Shown piece by piece: positions 1-9,032 of a DNA stretch of 24,000 nt. The notes beneath the pieces are model-generated. The model saw only the letters and a program-made list of their open reading frames with translations. It ran no database searches and was not told the DNA's origin. The stretch is from Aeromonas enteropelogenes (GTDB lineage Bacteria > Pseudomonadota > Gammaproteobacteria > Enterobacterales > Aeromonadaceae): positions 239,625-263,624 of the forward strand of contig NZ_CDCG01000037.1 of NCBI RefSeq assembly GCF_000819845.1. The letters run 5' to 3'. How positions within the stretch are numbered: position 1 is the stretch's first letter; the number at the start of each line of letters is the position of its first letter. Both the position numbers and the translations under genes were made by a program.

Positions 1-117
1 GTCCGGATGCTGGTAGTGGCCGCGATTGAACAGGGTCACCTCGTGCCCCCAGTCCAGTGCCAGCGCGGTGAGATGGCGGCCGAGAAATCCGGTGCCGCCG
101 ATGATCAGCAATTTCAT
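1..117 (-). CDS. NAD-dependent epimerase/dehydratase family protein, N-terminal fragment (runs off window)
   Basis: Reverse complement translates to MKLLIIGGTGFLGRHLTALALDWGHEVTLFNRGHYQHPD, a Rossmann GGTGFLG start; open to the window edge. Confidence 0.8.
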   Translation of the reverse strand, partial: MKLLIIGGTGFLGRHLTALALDWGHEVTLFNRGHYQHPD

Positions 118-386
118 CCATGTCCCTCCTGATCGGCACAGGCGCTCCCGTCTCCCCACCGATCTGTTCATCCTCTGCGGCTGATGTTGCGCAAACTGAC
201 CGCGCCGCCATCCTGCCGGCTCCTTGTCTGCCCCTACCCTACGCAACTTGGCAGCCAGACACAGCCTGCGCAGCGCCGGGATGGGACGGGGATCACGGCA
301 GCAGACGCGCAGGGATGCTATCGGGTCATGCCTGCGTTTTGGGGCCGGTTGTGCTAAATTGCCCGGGTTTTCAGTCAGGATCCGCC

Positions 387-1091
387 ATGAAGTTCGAAAT
401 CGACACCCTGGGTATCATCCGCTCTCCCTACAAGGAGAAGTTCGCCATCCCGCGCCAGCCCGGTCTGGTCAAATCGGCCCGCGCCCGCCTCGAGCTGCTG
501 CCCCCCTACGATCAGCCGGACGTGCTGCGCGGCATCGAGCAGTTCTCCCACCTGTGGCTCAGCTTCGTGTTTCACCAGACGATGGATCAGGGCTGGCACC
601 CGACGGTGCGCCCACCGCGCCTCGGCGGCAACGAGCGGGTCGGGGTGTTTGCCACCCGCTCCACCTTCCGCCCCAACCCCCTCGGCCTCTCCGTGGTCGA
701 GTTGCACGGGGTTGGCCGCTCGCGCGGCAAGCTGTGGCTGGAGCTGGGGGCGGTGGACTTGCTCGATGGCACCCCCATCGTCGACATCAAGCCCTACATC
801 CCCTATGCCGACAGCCTGCCGGATGCCCGTGGCGGTTTCGCCCCGGATGCCCCCACCCCGCCCCTGTGCGTGAGCTTCACGCCAGAGGCGGAGCAGCAGT
901 TGCAGCCCTGGCTCAAGGCCCATCCCGAGCTGCGCCAGCTGGTGAGCGAGGTGCTGACCCAGGATCCGCGCCCCGCCTACAAGAAAGGCAAGCCGGATGA
1001 CAAGGTGTACGGGGTGCGACTGTTTGACTGCAACGTGCGCTTTAGCATCAGCGAACCCGCTTGCCAGGTGTTGGCCATCGAAGCCGCCTGA
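387..1091 (+). CDS. trmO: tRNA (N6-threonylcarbamoyladenosine(37)-N6)-methyltransferase TrmO (TsaA/YaeB family)
   Basis: Protein from MKFEIDTLGIIRSPYKEKFAIPRQPGL with ERVGVFATRSTFRPNPLGLSVVEL and GTPIVDIKPYIPY family motifs. The longer ORF from 120 is an upstream in-frame extension. Confidence 0.93.
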   Translation: MKFEIDTLGIIRSPYKEKFAIPRQPGLVKSARARLELLPPYDQPDVLRGIEQFSHLWLSFVFHQTMDQGWHPTVRPPRLGGNERVGVFATRSTFRPNPLGLSVVELHGVGRSRGKLWLELGAVDLLDGTPIVDIKPYIPYADSLPDARGGFAPDAPTPPLCVSFTPEAEQQLQPWLKAHPELRQLVSEVLTQDPRPAYKKGKPDDKVYGVRLFDCNVRFSISEPACQVLAIEAA

Positions 1092-1302
1092 GGCTAACAG
1101 AGCCCCATCAGCGCCCGGTTTCACGAACATTTCACGCACCCGGGCGCCTAATGGCCCTGCAAACGGTGTGGTCAGGTGCTACCCTCTCCCCGGCCGCCCA
1201 CGGCTGCAGTACCCACCCGCCGTTTGCCGCCCATGGAACCGGCCCGACCTCGCGCCCGGCTATGCCACACGGATGTGACGCTCTCACTGAAGGAAACCAA
1301 TC

Positions 1303-1851
1303 ATGCTGATGAATACCGAACAACGCTACGGCGCCCTCAATATCGGGCTGCACTGGCTGACCCTGTTGCTGATGATCGCCGTCTACGCCCTGATCGAATT
1401 TCGTGACATCTTCCCCAAGGGAGATCCGGGACGGGACCTGATGAAACAGTGGCACTTCATGCTGGGGCTGCTCATCTTCGCCCTGGTGTGGGTCCGCCTC
1501 TTTCTGCGCGCCATCAGCCCGACGCCCCGCATCGTGCCCGAGTTGCCACCCATGCTGAGCCTGCTGGCCAAGCTGGCGCCCATCGCGCTCTACGGCTTTA
1601 TCATCCTCACCCCGCTGTTTGGCTGGCTGCTGCTGAGCGCCGGCGGCAAACCCGTCCCCTTCTTCGGCATGACGCTCCCGGCGCTGGTCGCCCCGGATCC
1701 CGAACTCAAGAAGTGGTTCAAGGAGATACACGAGACCCTGGGCAATATCGGCTATGCCCTGATCGCCCTGCATGCGGCGGCGACCCTCTATCACCACCAT
1801 GTGCGCAAGGACAACACCCTGACCATGATGCTGCCGCAGCAGCGCGACTGA
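1303..1851 (+). CDS. Cytochrome b561-family membrane protein
   Basis: MNTEQRYGALNIGLHWLTLLLMIAVYALIEFRDIFPKG..., four hydrophobic segments, histidines in HWLT, WHFMLG and ALHAAATLYHHH; SD-like AAGGA upstream. Confidence 0.88.
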   Translation: MLMNTEQRYGALNIGLHWLTLLLMIAVYALIEFRDIFPKGDPGRDLMKQWHFMLGLLIFALVWVRLFLRAISPTPRIVPELPPMLSLLAKLAPIALYGFIILTPLFGWLLLSAGGKPVPFFGMTLPALVAPDPELKKWFKEIHETLGNIGYALIALHAAATLYHHHVRKDNTLTMMLPQQRD

Positions 1852-1867
1852 CATCATCAGCACAGAC

Positions 1868-1902
1868 GAGAGAGGGGGCCAACAAGGCCCCCTCTCTCTT
1901 TC
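1868..1902 (+). terminator. Intrinsic terminator, possibly bidirectional, between cytochrome b561 and bactofilin genes
   Basis: GAGAGAGGGGGCC-AACAA-GGCCCCCTCTCTC, 13-bp perfect stem followed by TTTC. Confidence 0.75.
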
Positions 1903-1914
1903 TGGCAAACCGGT

Positions 1915-2580
1915 TCAAGCCTGCGCGACAAGCGTCTCAGCCACTTTATCCCCGGCTCCCCGGGCCTGCTCTTTTGCCTTGGGCTTACCGCTTTTGCTAT
2001 CGGGCAGCGGGTTATTTGGCGGCTCGATGGTCGCCCTCTCCGCCGGTTGGGAGTGGCCAATAAAATTGCCTCCCTTGCAGATGGAGAGGGTGCCTCCCTT
2101 GAATACGCCCTGCATCCGGCCATTTTCCAGGATCTCCACCTCTTGCGAGCTGCAGGTGCCGTCCAGCAGGCCATTGATGACGACCCTGGGTGCACTCACC
2201 TCCCCTTCGACAAAGCCTCCCTGCATGATGCGCAGCACCCCCTTGCCAATTTCGATGGTACCGTTGACGTGCCCCTGCACCTCCAGGTCACCGTCAAGCA
2301 GCAGATCTCCCTTGAAGCGGGCTCCCGCCGCGATCACGGTAGTGCCCGCCGATGCGCTGTCACCGGACTGACTCGCACGTTTTCGTCCAAACATCCTGAC
2401 TCTCTCCATCAACCAAATGAGCAAAACCAGCGGCATGGGCGCCACCGGCCATAAGTAGTTATCCGACCCCAGCACATAGAGCAGCAGGGCCGCTCCCCAG
2501 CAGAACCAGACGATATAAAGAAGGTCGCTACGCTCCCTGCCTTGCAGGCAGGCGCGCCATCTTCGGGGCTGATCTTTCAT
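1915..2580 (-). CDS. Polymer-forming cytoskeletal protein (bactofilin family) with an N-terminal hydrophobic region
   Basis: C-terminal region ASAGTTVIAAGARFKGDLLLDGDLEVQGHVNGTIEIGKGVLRIMQGGFVEGEVSAPRVVINGLLDGTC is typical of bactofilin beta-helix repeats; N-terminal two hydrophobic stretches. Confidence 0.85.
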   Translation of the reverse strand: MKDQPRRWRACLQGRERSDLLYIVWFCWGAALLLYVLGSDNYLWPVAPMPLVLLIWLMERVRMFGRKRASQSGDSASAGTTVIAAGARFKGDLLLDGDLEVQGHVNGTIEIGKGVLRIMQGGFVEGEVSAPRVVINGLLDGTCSSQEVEILENGRMQGVFKGGTLSICKGGNFIGHSQPAERATIEPPNNPLPDSKSGKPKAKEQARGAGDKVAETLVAQA

Positions 2581-2778
2581 CCATCACCCTCTCTTGCTGC
2601 ATGAACCGCCGGCAAGATACCGGACTGGATGCCATCAATAGCATCATGTTCGGTTTAAACGACCAGTTGACAAAAAGTCTGAAGTCGGGCTGATTCAGTC
2701 CCGATACAGGCGGGGCGCATTAGGATACGGATTGACTCTGCATGACTAACCCTTTCTAATTGGCAGCCTGGACCTCCT

Positions 2779-3468
2779 ATGACCGCCCATATCATGAAAA
2801 TTTTGTTGGTCGAAGATGACAAGCTGCTCAATCACCACCTCTCCTCCCTGCTGACCGAGGCCGACAATCAGGTCTACAGCACGGATCAGGCTGGTATTGC
2901 GCTGCACTACGCCGCTGACTATCCCATTGATGTGGCCATCATCGATCTCGGCCTGCCGGACATGGACGGCCTGCAGCTGATCCGCCAGATGCGCGAACAA
3001 CAGATCCCCTTCCCCATCCTGATCCTGACCGCTCGTGGCAACTGGCAGGACAAGGTCGAGGGGCTGGAGGCGGGCGCCGATGACTACCTGGTCAAGCCGT
3101 TCCAGAAAGACGAGCTGCTGGCTCGCCTCAACGCTTTGCTGCGCCGCAGCGCCGGGTTTATCTCCCCACGGGTGAAGGCCGGTGATTACGAGCTGGATCT
3201 CTCCCGCAAGGAGCTGACCATCGCCGGCGAAGTGGCGGTACTCACCAGCTTCGAGTACCTCATTCTGGAATACCTGATGCGCAATGCCCGTCAGGTGGTT
3301 TCCAAGCAGCAGCTGCTCGATCAGCTCTACGGCGACGGCGAAGGGGACCCCAATACCATAGAGGTGATGGTGAGCCGGCTGCGCAAGAAGCTGGATCCGG
3401 AAGGGACGATTCAACCCATCTCCACCATCCGTCGCCAGGGCTACATCTTCAACCTGTCGTGCAACTGA
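2779..3468 (+). CDS. phoP: OmpR/PhoB-family response regulator, PhoP-like (start may be 2794)
   Basis: Receiver MKILLVEDDKLLNHHL...IIDLGLPDMDGL...LTARGNWQDKVEGLEAGADDYLVKPF plus winged-helix VMVSRLRKKLD...ISTIRRQGY; followed by an overlapping histidine kinase gene. Confidence 0.85.
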   Translation: MTAHIMKILLVEDDKLLNHHLSSLLTEADNQVYSTDQAGIALHYAADYPIDVAIIDLGLPDMDGLQLIRQMREQQIPFPILILTARGNWQDKVEGLEAGADDYLVKPFQKDELLARLNALLRRSAGFISPRVKAGDYELDLSRKELTIAGEVAVLTSFEYLILEYLMRNARQVVSKQQLLDQLYGDGEGDPNTIEVMVSRLRKKLDPEGTIQPISTIRRQGYIFNLSCN

Positions 3469-4853
3469 TGCGGCTCCCCCTGTTGCTGCGCCCCGTGCAG
3501 CTGCTGCGCCGCTCCCTGCACATCAAGCTGCTGCTCAGCTCGCTGCTGGTGATCGCCCTTATCATGAGCTTTGCGGTGTATGCCCTCTACCTTGCCCATG
3601 TCGAGGAGTTGAGCCAGAAGGCAAGCGCCCGGATGCAGGAGAACCTGGCCAAGCTCTTCTCCTCCACCGAGCCCTCCCAGAACAAGTCCGCCGATCTTGG
3701 CCACCTCTCCCGCAATGCCGGGGATCGCAACCTCGATACCCTGATCTGCCGCGCCGATGGCGCCCTGGTGTGGTCCAGCCTGCATCTGCCCGAGGTGATC
3801 AACACCAAGCAGACCATCTGCGGGGATCTGATGAAGTACCTGGGGGGGATGGATCTCGACTACTTCTTCAAGAAGCACACCATACAAAACGGCGAGAGCT
3901 ACTTCGTCTACAGCCTGCGTTTTGTTCGCAACCCTGGCACCGGTACCACCGCCTACTACGTGGTGATGATAGATTCCGCCAAGCGCTACCACGCCCAGGC
4001 GCTCGCCTACCTCAGCCAGACCGCGCGCCAGGCGCTGCTGGCCTATATGCTGCTCGCGGGCATGCTGGTGCTCACCACCTTCTGGAGCCTCAGCTCCCTG
4101 CGCACCATCGCCCGCCAGCTCGACGAGATCCGGGCCGGCAAGCTCGACGCCCTCTCCAGCGATGTCGAGCGGGAACTGGCGCCCCTTACCGACTCCATCA
4201 ACCAGTTGCTGGAGAACGAGCGGCAGCAGACCCAACGTTACCAGCACGCCCTCAACGATCTCGCCCACAGCCTGAAAACCCGGCTGGCGCTGATCCAGAT
4301 GACCACCCGGGAGAGCAAGCTCGGGCGCGACATCCACGACAACATCAACGAGCAGATCCTCACCATGGATCAGATGGTCCAGTACCAGCTCAGGCGCGCC
4401 GTCACCGGCCGCCAGCGCCTCGCCAGCAAAGGCACTGAGCCGGTGCCCCTTATCGAGAAACTGCTGGCCAGCCTGACCAAGGTCTATCGCCACAAGAAGC
4501 TGCAGACCCAGTTTCACTTCGATGACGACGCCCTGTTTCACGGTGAGCAGGGGGATCTGATGGAGCTGATGGGCAACCTGCTCGACAATGCCTGCAAGTT
4601 CGCCATCAGCGAGGTGCATGTGACGGTGCGCCGTCAGGCCGAGCAGCTGCGCATCGAAGTGGAAGATGACGGCCCCGGCATAGAGCCGGCCAAATCGGAG
4701 CAGATCTTCCAGCGCGGCGTGCGGGCCGACAGCTCCCCGGGGCAAGGCATTGGCCTCGCGGTCGTGACCGAGATAGTCCACAGTTACGGCGGCCAGATCC
4801 GGGTGGACGAATCGCCCCTTGGCGGTGCCCGCTTTACCCTGATCCTGCCCTGA
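3459..4853 (+). CDS. phoQ: Sensor histidine kinase, PhoQ-like
   Basis: Two TM segments flanking a periplasmic domain, H-box ALNDLAHSLKTRL, N-box GNLLDNACKF, G boxes DDGPGI and GQGIGLAVV; overlaps the regulator gene. Confidence 0.82.
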   Translation: MQLMRLPLLLRPVQLLRRSLHIKLLLSSLLVIALIMSFAVYALYLAHVEELSQKASARMQENLAKLFSSTEPSQNKSADLGHLSRNAGDRNLDTLICRADGALVWSSLHLPEVINTKQTICGDLMKYLGGMDLDYFFKKHTIQNGESYFVYSLRFVRNPGTGTTAYYVVMIDSAKRYHAQALAYLSQTARQALLAYMLLAGMLVLTTFWSLSSLRTIARQLDEIRAGKLDALSSDVERELAPLTDSINQLLENERQQTQRYQHALNDLAHSLKTRLALIQMTTRESKLGRDIHDNINEQILTMDQMVQYQLRRAVTGRQRLASKGTEPVPLIEKLLASLTKVYRHKKLQTQFHFDDDALFHGEQGDLMELMGNLLDNACKFAISEVHVTVRRQAEQLRIEVEDDGPGIEPAKSEQIFQRGVRADSSPGQGIGLAVVTEIVHSYGGQIRVDESPLGGARFTLILP

Positions 4854-5035
4854 CCCCCAGGGGCCCTGCCACAGGGCCCCTTGCTTTCCCCTCCTGCAAT
4901 GCGGTTCGCGCCTGTCGTGTGCCCACCGCACAAATCCTCCACCGTTTTCATTCAGATACTTGTGATGCGCCCCATCTCGGTTAAGCTAGGGGGCGTTTTT
5001 GTCTGTTAACCCTTTGATGGACTTGCTATCACACC

Positions 5036-5524
5036 ATGGAAAACATGTTTGAAAGATTGATGTATGCATCGCGCTGGATCATGGCCCCCATCTACCTGGG
5101 ACTCAGCCTTATCCTGCTGGCACTGGGCCTGAAGTTCTTTCAGGAGATCATCCATATCCTGCCGAATATCTTCGCAATGAAAGAGGTGGATCTGGTGCTG
5201 GTCACCCTGTCACTGATCGATATCACCCTGGTGGGGGGGCTCATCGTGATGGTGATGTTTTCCGGTTATGAGAACTTCGTCTCGCGCCTCGACGTGGGGG
5301 ATGAGAGCGACAAGCTGGTATGGCTCGGCAAGCTCGACGCCGGTTCCCTGAAGAACAAGGTGGCCGCCTCCATCGTCGCCATCTCGTCCATTCACCTGCT
5401 CAAGGTGTTTATGAATGCCGAAAATATCCCCAATGACAAGATCAAATGGTACCTGTTGATCCATATCACCTTTGTCGTCTCCGCCTTTGCCATGGGCTAT
5501 CTGGACAAGCTGACCCGCAAATAA
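5036..5524 (+). CDS. YqhA family (UPF0114) inner-membrane protein
   Basis: [34 protein letters not shown]...[26 protein letters not shown]...[31 protein letters not shown], characteristic of the family. Confidence 0.9.
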   Translation: MENMFERLMYASRWIMAPIYLGLSLILLALGLKFFQEIIHILPNIFAMKEVDLVLVTLSLIDITLVGGLIVMVMFSGYENFVSRLDVGDESDKLVWLGKLDAGSLKNKVAASIVAISSIHLLKVFMNAENIPNDKIKWYLLIHITFVVSAFAMGYLDKLTRK

Positions 5525-5539
5525 GGCTCGGCCTTCATA

Positions 5540-5575
5540 CACTGCGGCCACCTTCGGGTGGCCGCAGTGTTTTTA
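5540..5575 (+). terminator. Intrinsic terminator after the YqhA-like gene
   Basis: CACTGCGGCCACC-TTCG-GGTGGCCGCAGTG, 13-bp perfect stem with UUCG-type loop, then TTTTTACTCTT. Confidence 0.92.
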
Positions 5576-5911
5576 CTCTTCCCCCTTTCACCGTATCCAG
5601 ACGTCCCACCGACCCATTCAGGCAGCAACCCAGCCCGTGTTTAATTTATTGATCAACGACTGATTATTGCCCATTGCCTCTTCCAGAAAAGGCTTCATTC
5701 GGTATCATGGTCGCTCGACAAAGCACCGCATCCAAAGGCTCGCCATGCGCCTTCTCAGCTATGCCGATTTTGTCCGAAGCATATTGGTTCATAACAGCAG
5801 TGTGGGAGCTGTAACTCAGGGGCGGTAGCATGACCGTAGTGAGTAATCCGTGATGACAAATGTTAAACCTTGAAGGATATGCATCCTTTATACCTATAAA
5901 AGCTCTTTATT

Positions 5912-6127
5912 ATGAAGAAAACTCAAATAATAAATCAATTGGTAGAGGCCGTAGATGTTCATACATTGGAGAGTTTTTCTGCTGATGATTATAGAAATTA
6001 TTTAAAGAGTGAAGGGCTATTTATGGTTAATCATCACGACATTCTAGTATCATCATGTGCTGGATACCCAATTGCCTTATCAAAGAAACATTTAGACATA
6101 TACATTGAAGAATTAAAAAAATATTAG
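5912..6127 (+). CDS. Hypothetical small protein (71 aa) in a locally AT-rich segment
   Basis: MKKTQIINQLVEAVDVHTLESFSADDYRNYLKSEGLFMVNHHDILVSSCAGYPIALSKKHLDIYIEELKKY; coherent acidic/hydrophobic pattern; local composition very different from neighbours. Confidence 0.5.
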   Translation: MKKTQIINQLVEAVDVHTLESFSADDYRNYLKSEGLFMVNHHDILVSSCAGYPIALSKKHLDIYIEELKKY

Positions 6128-6252
6128 ACATCTACTGCCATAATAAAATAGCACATATTATATACTTGTTTTATTCTCGTTTTTATTTTTTAAATGTCAG
6201 TTGTTTACCCTGTTTATTATCAACATTAAAATATCTCTGTTTGAGGGAAGCC

Positions 6253-6534
6253 GTGAGCAAGGTGACACTAAAGGGATTTATTATTGTTCCTCCATCAGAT
6301 TTAGCTCAGGTTAAAGATGAGCTTGCCAGACATATCCAACTGACTCGCACTGAGCCCGGTTGCCTTGTCTTTGAGGTAATTCAAGATAGCGCTAATCCAT
6401 GTCAATTCGATGTCTATGAAGAGTTTGTCGACAATATAGCCTTTCAAGCACACCAAGCCAGAGTCAAATCCTCGTATTGGGGAGAGATTACGGCCAACGT
6501 AGAGCGCCATTATACGGTGACGATAGCTGAATGA
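6253..6534 (+). CDS. Putative quinol monooxygenase / antibiotic biosynthesis monooxygenase-fold protein (YgiN-like)
   Basis: GTG start with GAGGGA SD 5 nt upstream; SKVTLKGFIIVPPSDLAQVKDELARHIQLTRTEPGCLVFEVIQDSANPCQFDVYEEFVDNIAFQAHQ is an ABM-domain pattern. Confidence 0.78.
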   Translation: MSKVTLKGFIIVPPSDLAQVKDELARHIQLTRTEPGCLVFEVIQDSANPCQFDVYEEFVDNIAFQAHQARVKSSYWGEITANVERHYTVTIAE

Positions 6535-6632
6535 TTTTCAGCTACGAGAAAGTCATCATCTGTCCACGAACGCCCCATGACGCTTGACTCATCGAGTCAA
6601 CTCCATCTCCATTTTTAACTATTGAGGAAACC

Positions 6633-7061
6633 ATGATCCGTCCATTATCTACTGCCGATTTGGATGCCATGGTAGAGCTCTGGTATCAGGCATCCATACG
6701 GGCTCACCACTTTATCCCCGCCTCTTTCTGGTATGCACAGCGGGCGGCAATGCGGGATATCTATCTGCCCGCCAGCGAAAGCTGGGTCTATGAGGAAGGT
6801 AGCCAGCTCCTGGGGTTTGTCTCCTATCACCAGGGAGCACTCGCAGCCCTCTTTATTACCCCGGACAAGCAGTCACAGGGGCTGGGTCGCCAGCTGCTTG
6901 AGCACCTCAAAGGACAATATGAGCGCCTCGATTTGAAGGTATATGCAGAGAATGAAGCTGCGCAGCGCTTCTATGTCCGTAACGGTTTTACCGAGAGTGA
7001 ACATCAGGTGTGCGAGCATAGCGGCCGCGCCGAAATCGTCATGCATTGGCAACGAGGTTAA
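6633..7061 (+). CDS. GNAT family N-acetyltransferase
   Basis: IRPLSTADLDAMVELW...LGFVSYHQGALAALFITPDKQSQGLGRQLLEHLKGQYERLDLKVYAENEAAQRFYVRNGF; Q-x-x-G-x-G/A motif present. Confidence 0.9.
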   Translation: MIRPLSTADLDAMVELWYQASIRAHHFIPASFWYAQRAAMRDIYLPASESWVYEEGSQLLGFVSYHQGALAALFITPDKQSQGLGRQLLEHLKGQYERLDLKVYAENEAAQRFYVRNGFTESEHQVCEHSGRAEIVMHWQRG

Positions 7062-7221
7062 TCGCAGGTGGCCAACAGTAGTACCTAATCCGCCTAGCGA
7101 CGCCATGGCTGGCATGCAGTGGTGAGCTTAATCCGGCCGTATTGCCGGATAACCTCTTCTGTCCCCCCATAGCCCACATAATGCGGCGACCAGCTTCGAG
7201 CTTCCGAGCACTATTCGCCTG

Positions 7222-7255
7222 AACAACAAGGCCACCATTGGGTGGCCTTGTTGTT
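7222..7255. terminator. Perfect stem-loop between convergent genes, likely bidirectional terminator
   Basis: AACAACAAGGCCACC-ATTG-GGTGGCCTTGTTGTT, 15-bp perfect stem. Confidence 0.65.
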
Positions 7256-7358
7256 TCTGGCATCTTCCGGACAAGCCACGGACGGGTTGCAACACCGCCG
7301 CCCATACTCCCGCTGGTATAGGCCACTTCCTTCACGCCACCCTGGCGGGTTCGCCAGC

Positions 7359-8666
7359 TCACAGCAAATCGTGCTTGTCCAGCAGGCGGTAGAGGGTCGC
7401 ACGGGAGATATCGAGCTGGCGCGCCACCTCTTCCAGCTGATCCGGGAAACGGGTCAAGGTCCGTTGCAACGCCTGACGCTCCGCCGCTTCACGCACGGCC
7501 TTGAGAGAGTTGTTCATGTTCAGCAGCTGGGAGTCCCTGTGGATCAGCTCCATATCCTGGGCATCGATAAAGGGGCCCGAACACATGACGGCGGCCCGCT
7601 GTACCCGGTTGCGCAGCTCCCTGACATTGCCTGGCCAGTCGTAAGACTGCATGGCCTGGCGCGCCTTGCGGGTGAAGCTTATCATGCGATTGCCCCGCGC
7701 CTCGGCCAGGACCTCGTCCGCCAGCAGCTGGATGTCTTCGGCTCGCTCACGCAGCGCGGGTGTGCGCAGGCGCACCACATTGAGCCGATAGTAAAGGTCC
7801 ATGCGAAACGAGCCGTTGGCTACCGCCTGCTCTACGTCTATGTTAGTTGCGGCAATGACCCTCACATCGACGCTGCGGGACACATGGCTGCCCACCGCCT
7901 CTATGCTCTCCTCCTGCAAGAAACGCAGCAGGGTCGCCTGATCTTCGAGCGGCAGTTCGCCTATCTCATCGAGGAACAGGGTGCCGCCATCGGCCGCTTC
8001 TATCCTGCCTATCTTGCGACTCTGGGCTCCGGTGAAGGCCCCCTTGACGTGACCGAACAGCTCGGACTGGATCAGCTGGTGGGGCATGGCGCCACAGTTG
8101 ACGGCCACGAAGGGACTATCTTCCCCAAACGCGCTGTAGTGCAGCTCCCTGGCGACCAGCTCCTTGCCGGTACCGCTCGGCCCGGTCACCAGCACCGGCA
8201 GGCGACAGTGCTGCAAGCGCTGGATCTGTTCACGCAGCTGACGAATGGGGGCACTCTCCCCCTGAATGAAGTGCGGTTGTTCCGCTATTTTCGGGCGATA
8301 GCGCCTGATCAGCCGGGCCATGCCGAGGGCATGGCCCAGGCTGTGGGAGAGCCGTATCCGCTCGAGGGGAAAGGTGTGAAAATCATGGAAACAGGCGGCC
8401 AGCAAATTGCGCATCTCCTCACTGGCGAGGGCATCACGCTGGATCAGGCCAATCCACAGGCTGCTCGCGTGCTGCGTGATCAAGGCTGACAATGCCTCGT
8501 GCTGATCAGGCTCGATGGCCACCAGTACCAGGGGATAATCCTTCTCCTGCAACTTTCTCTCTGCCATCGCCAGTGAACTTGCCTGCTCCACCCGCCACTC
8601 GCTTTTGACCAGCAGACTCTCCAGTACGGCACATGAATTGATGAGCAATAATGCCGTTGCTGTCAT
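7359..8666 (-). CDS. Sigma-54-dependent transcriptional activator (AAA+ with GAFTGA, Fis-type HTH) with degenerate receiver-like N-terminus; VpsR/FleQ-like architecture
   Basis: GPSGTGKE Walker [24 protein letters not shown] Walker [10 protein letters not shown]-terminal [16 protein letters not shown]. Start placed at MTATALLL preceded by GGAGG 7 nt upstream, rather than the 8720 upstream start. Confidence 0.93.
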   Translation of the reverse strand: MTATALLLINSCAVLESLLVKSEWRVEQASSLAMAERKLQEKDYPLVLVAIEPDQHEALSALITQHASSLWIGLIQRDALASEEMRNLLAACFHDFHTFPLERIRLSHSLGHALGMARLIRRYRPKIAEQPHFIQGESAPIRQLREQIQRLQHCRLPVLVTGPSGTGKELVARELHYSAFGEDSPFVAVNCGAMPHQLIQSELFGHVKGAFTGAQSRKIGRIEAADGGTLFLDEIGELPLEDQATLLRFLQEESIEAVGSHVSRSVDVRVIAATNIDVEQAVANGSFRMDLYYRLNVVRLRTPALRERAEDIQLLADEVLAEARGNRMISFTRKARQAMQSYDWPGNVRELRNRVQRAAVMCSGPFIDAQDMELIHRDSQLLNMNNSLKAVREAAERQALQRTLTRFPDQLEEVARQLDISRATLYRLLDKHDLL

Positions 8667-8738
8667 ATGGAAACCTCCTTGTTCGAGCTTCTTATAAGCG
8701 TGCCAATCCTGACCCCGCAAGGTTCATGTTTTTATTTT

Positions 8739-8757
8739 GATAGAAATTCTCATTATC
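8739..8757 (-). promoter_or_regulatory. Candidate Fur box upstream of the sigma-54 activator gene
   Basis: Minus-strand GATAATGAGAATTTCTATC matches 15 of 19 positions of GATAATGATAATCATTATC; about 73 bp upstream of the activator start. Confidence 0.45.
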
Positions 8758-8909
8758 AAAGAGCTTAATTTGAGCACGTCAGGTGACGATAACTATAAAC
8801 CATCCCGCCTAATTGACTGATGCGCAGCAATATTGAGACAAGTCAGTCTTAGGCTGAGAAAAATAAATTCATTGATAAACAACACCTTGGTGGATGACAT
8901 AAAAATGCA

Positions 8910-8925
8910 GTCTCAAATTTGAGAC
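8910..8925. promoter_or_regulatory. Perfect 16-bp palindrome, candidate activator/enhancer binding site
   Basis: GTCTCAAATTTGAGAC; a related half-site ATTGAGAC occurs at 8832-8839, facing GTCTTA at 8846-8851. Confidence 0.5.
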
Positions 8926-8978
8926 AAAACGGTGCAACCTGAAAACACAAAAATCATTTAAATCAATAGGTTAAATTT

Positions 8979-8994
8979 TGGCACCTCCATTGCT
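8979..8994 (+). promoter_or_regulatory. Sigma-54 (-24/-12) promoter for the Fap-like operon
   Basis: TGGCACCTCCATTGCT against consensus TGGCACGNNNNTTGCW; GG at 8980-8981 and GC at 8992-8993 have the required 12-nt register; about 40 bp upstream of the first gene's likely start. Confidence 0.85.
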
Positions 8995-9032
8995 ATATCT
9001 GTAAACCCCAAGTGACAAACAATAGAGATAGC

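Noticed and set aside
224-1000. 258-aa plus-strand ORF overlapping trmO in another frame
   Set aside because: Arg/Pro/Ala-rich frame-shift shadow of trmO.
2648-2670. Possible PhoP box (GTTTA direct repeat) upstream of the phoP-like gene
   Set aside because: The two GTTTA/GTTGA-like elements are 13 nt apart rather than the expected 11 and the second is imperfect.
3441-4931. 496-aa minus-strand ORF antisense to the PhoQ-like gene
   Set aside because: Covers a well supported histidine kinase on the other strand; translation has no domain-like character.
7070-7360. Possible small genes between the GNAT and sigma-54 activator genes
   Set aside because: Only short overlapping ORFs with no start-site support; the terminator hairpin at 7222-7255 explains the visible structure.
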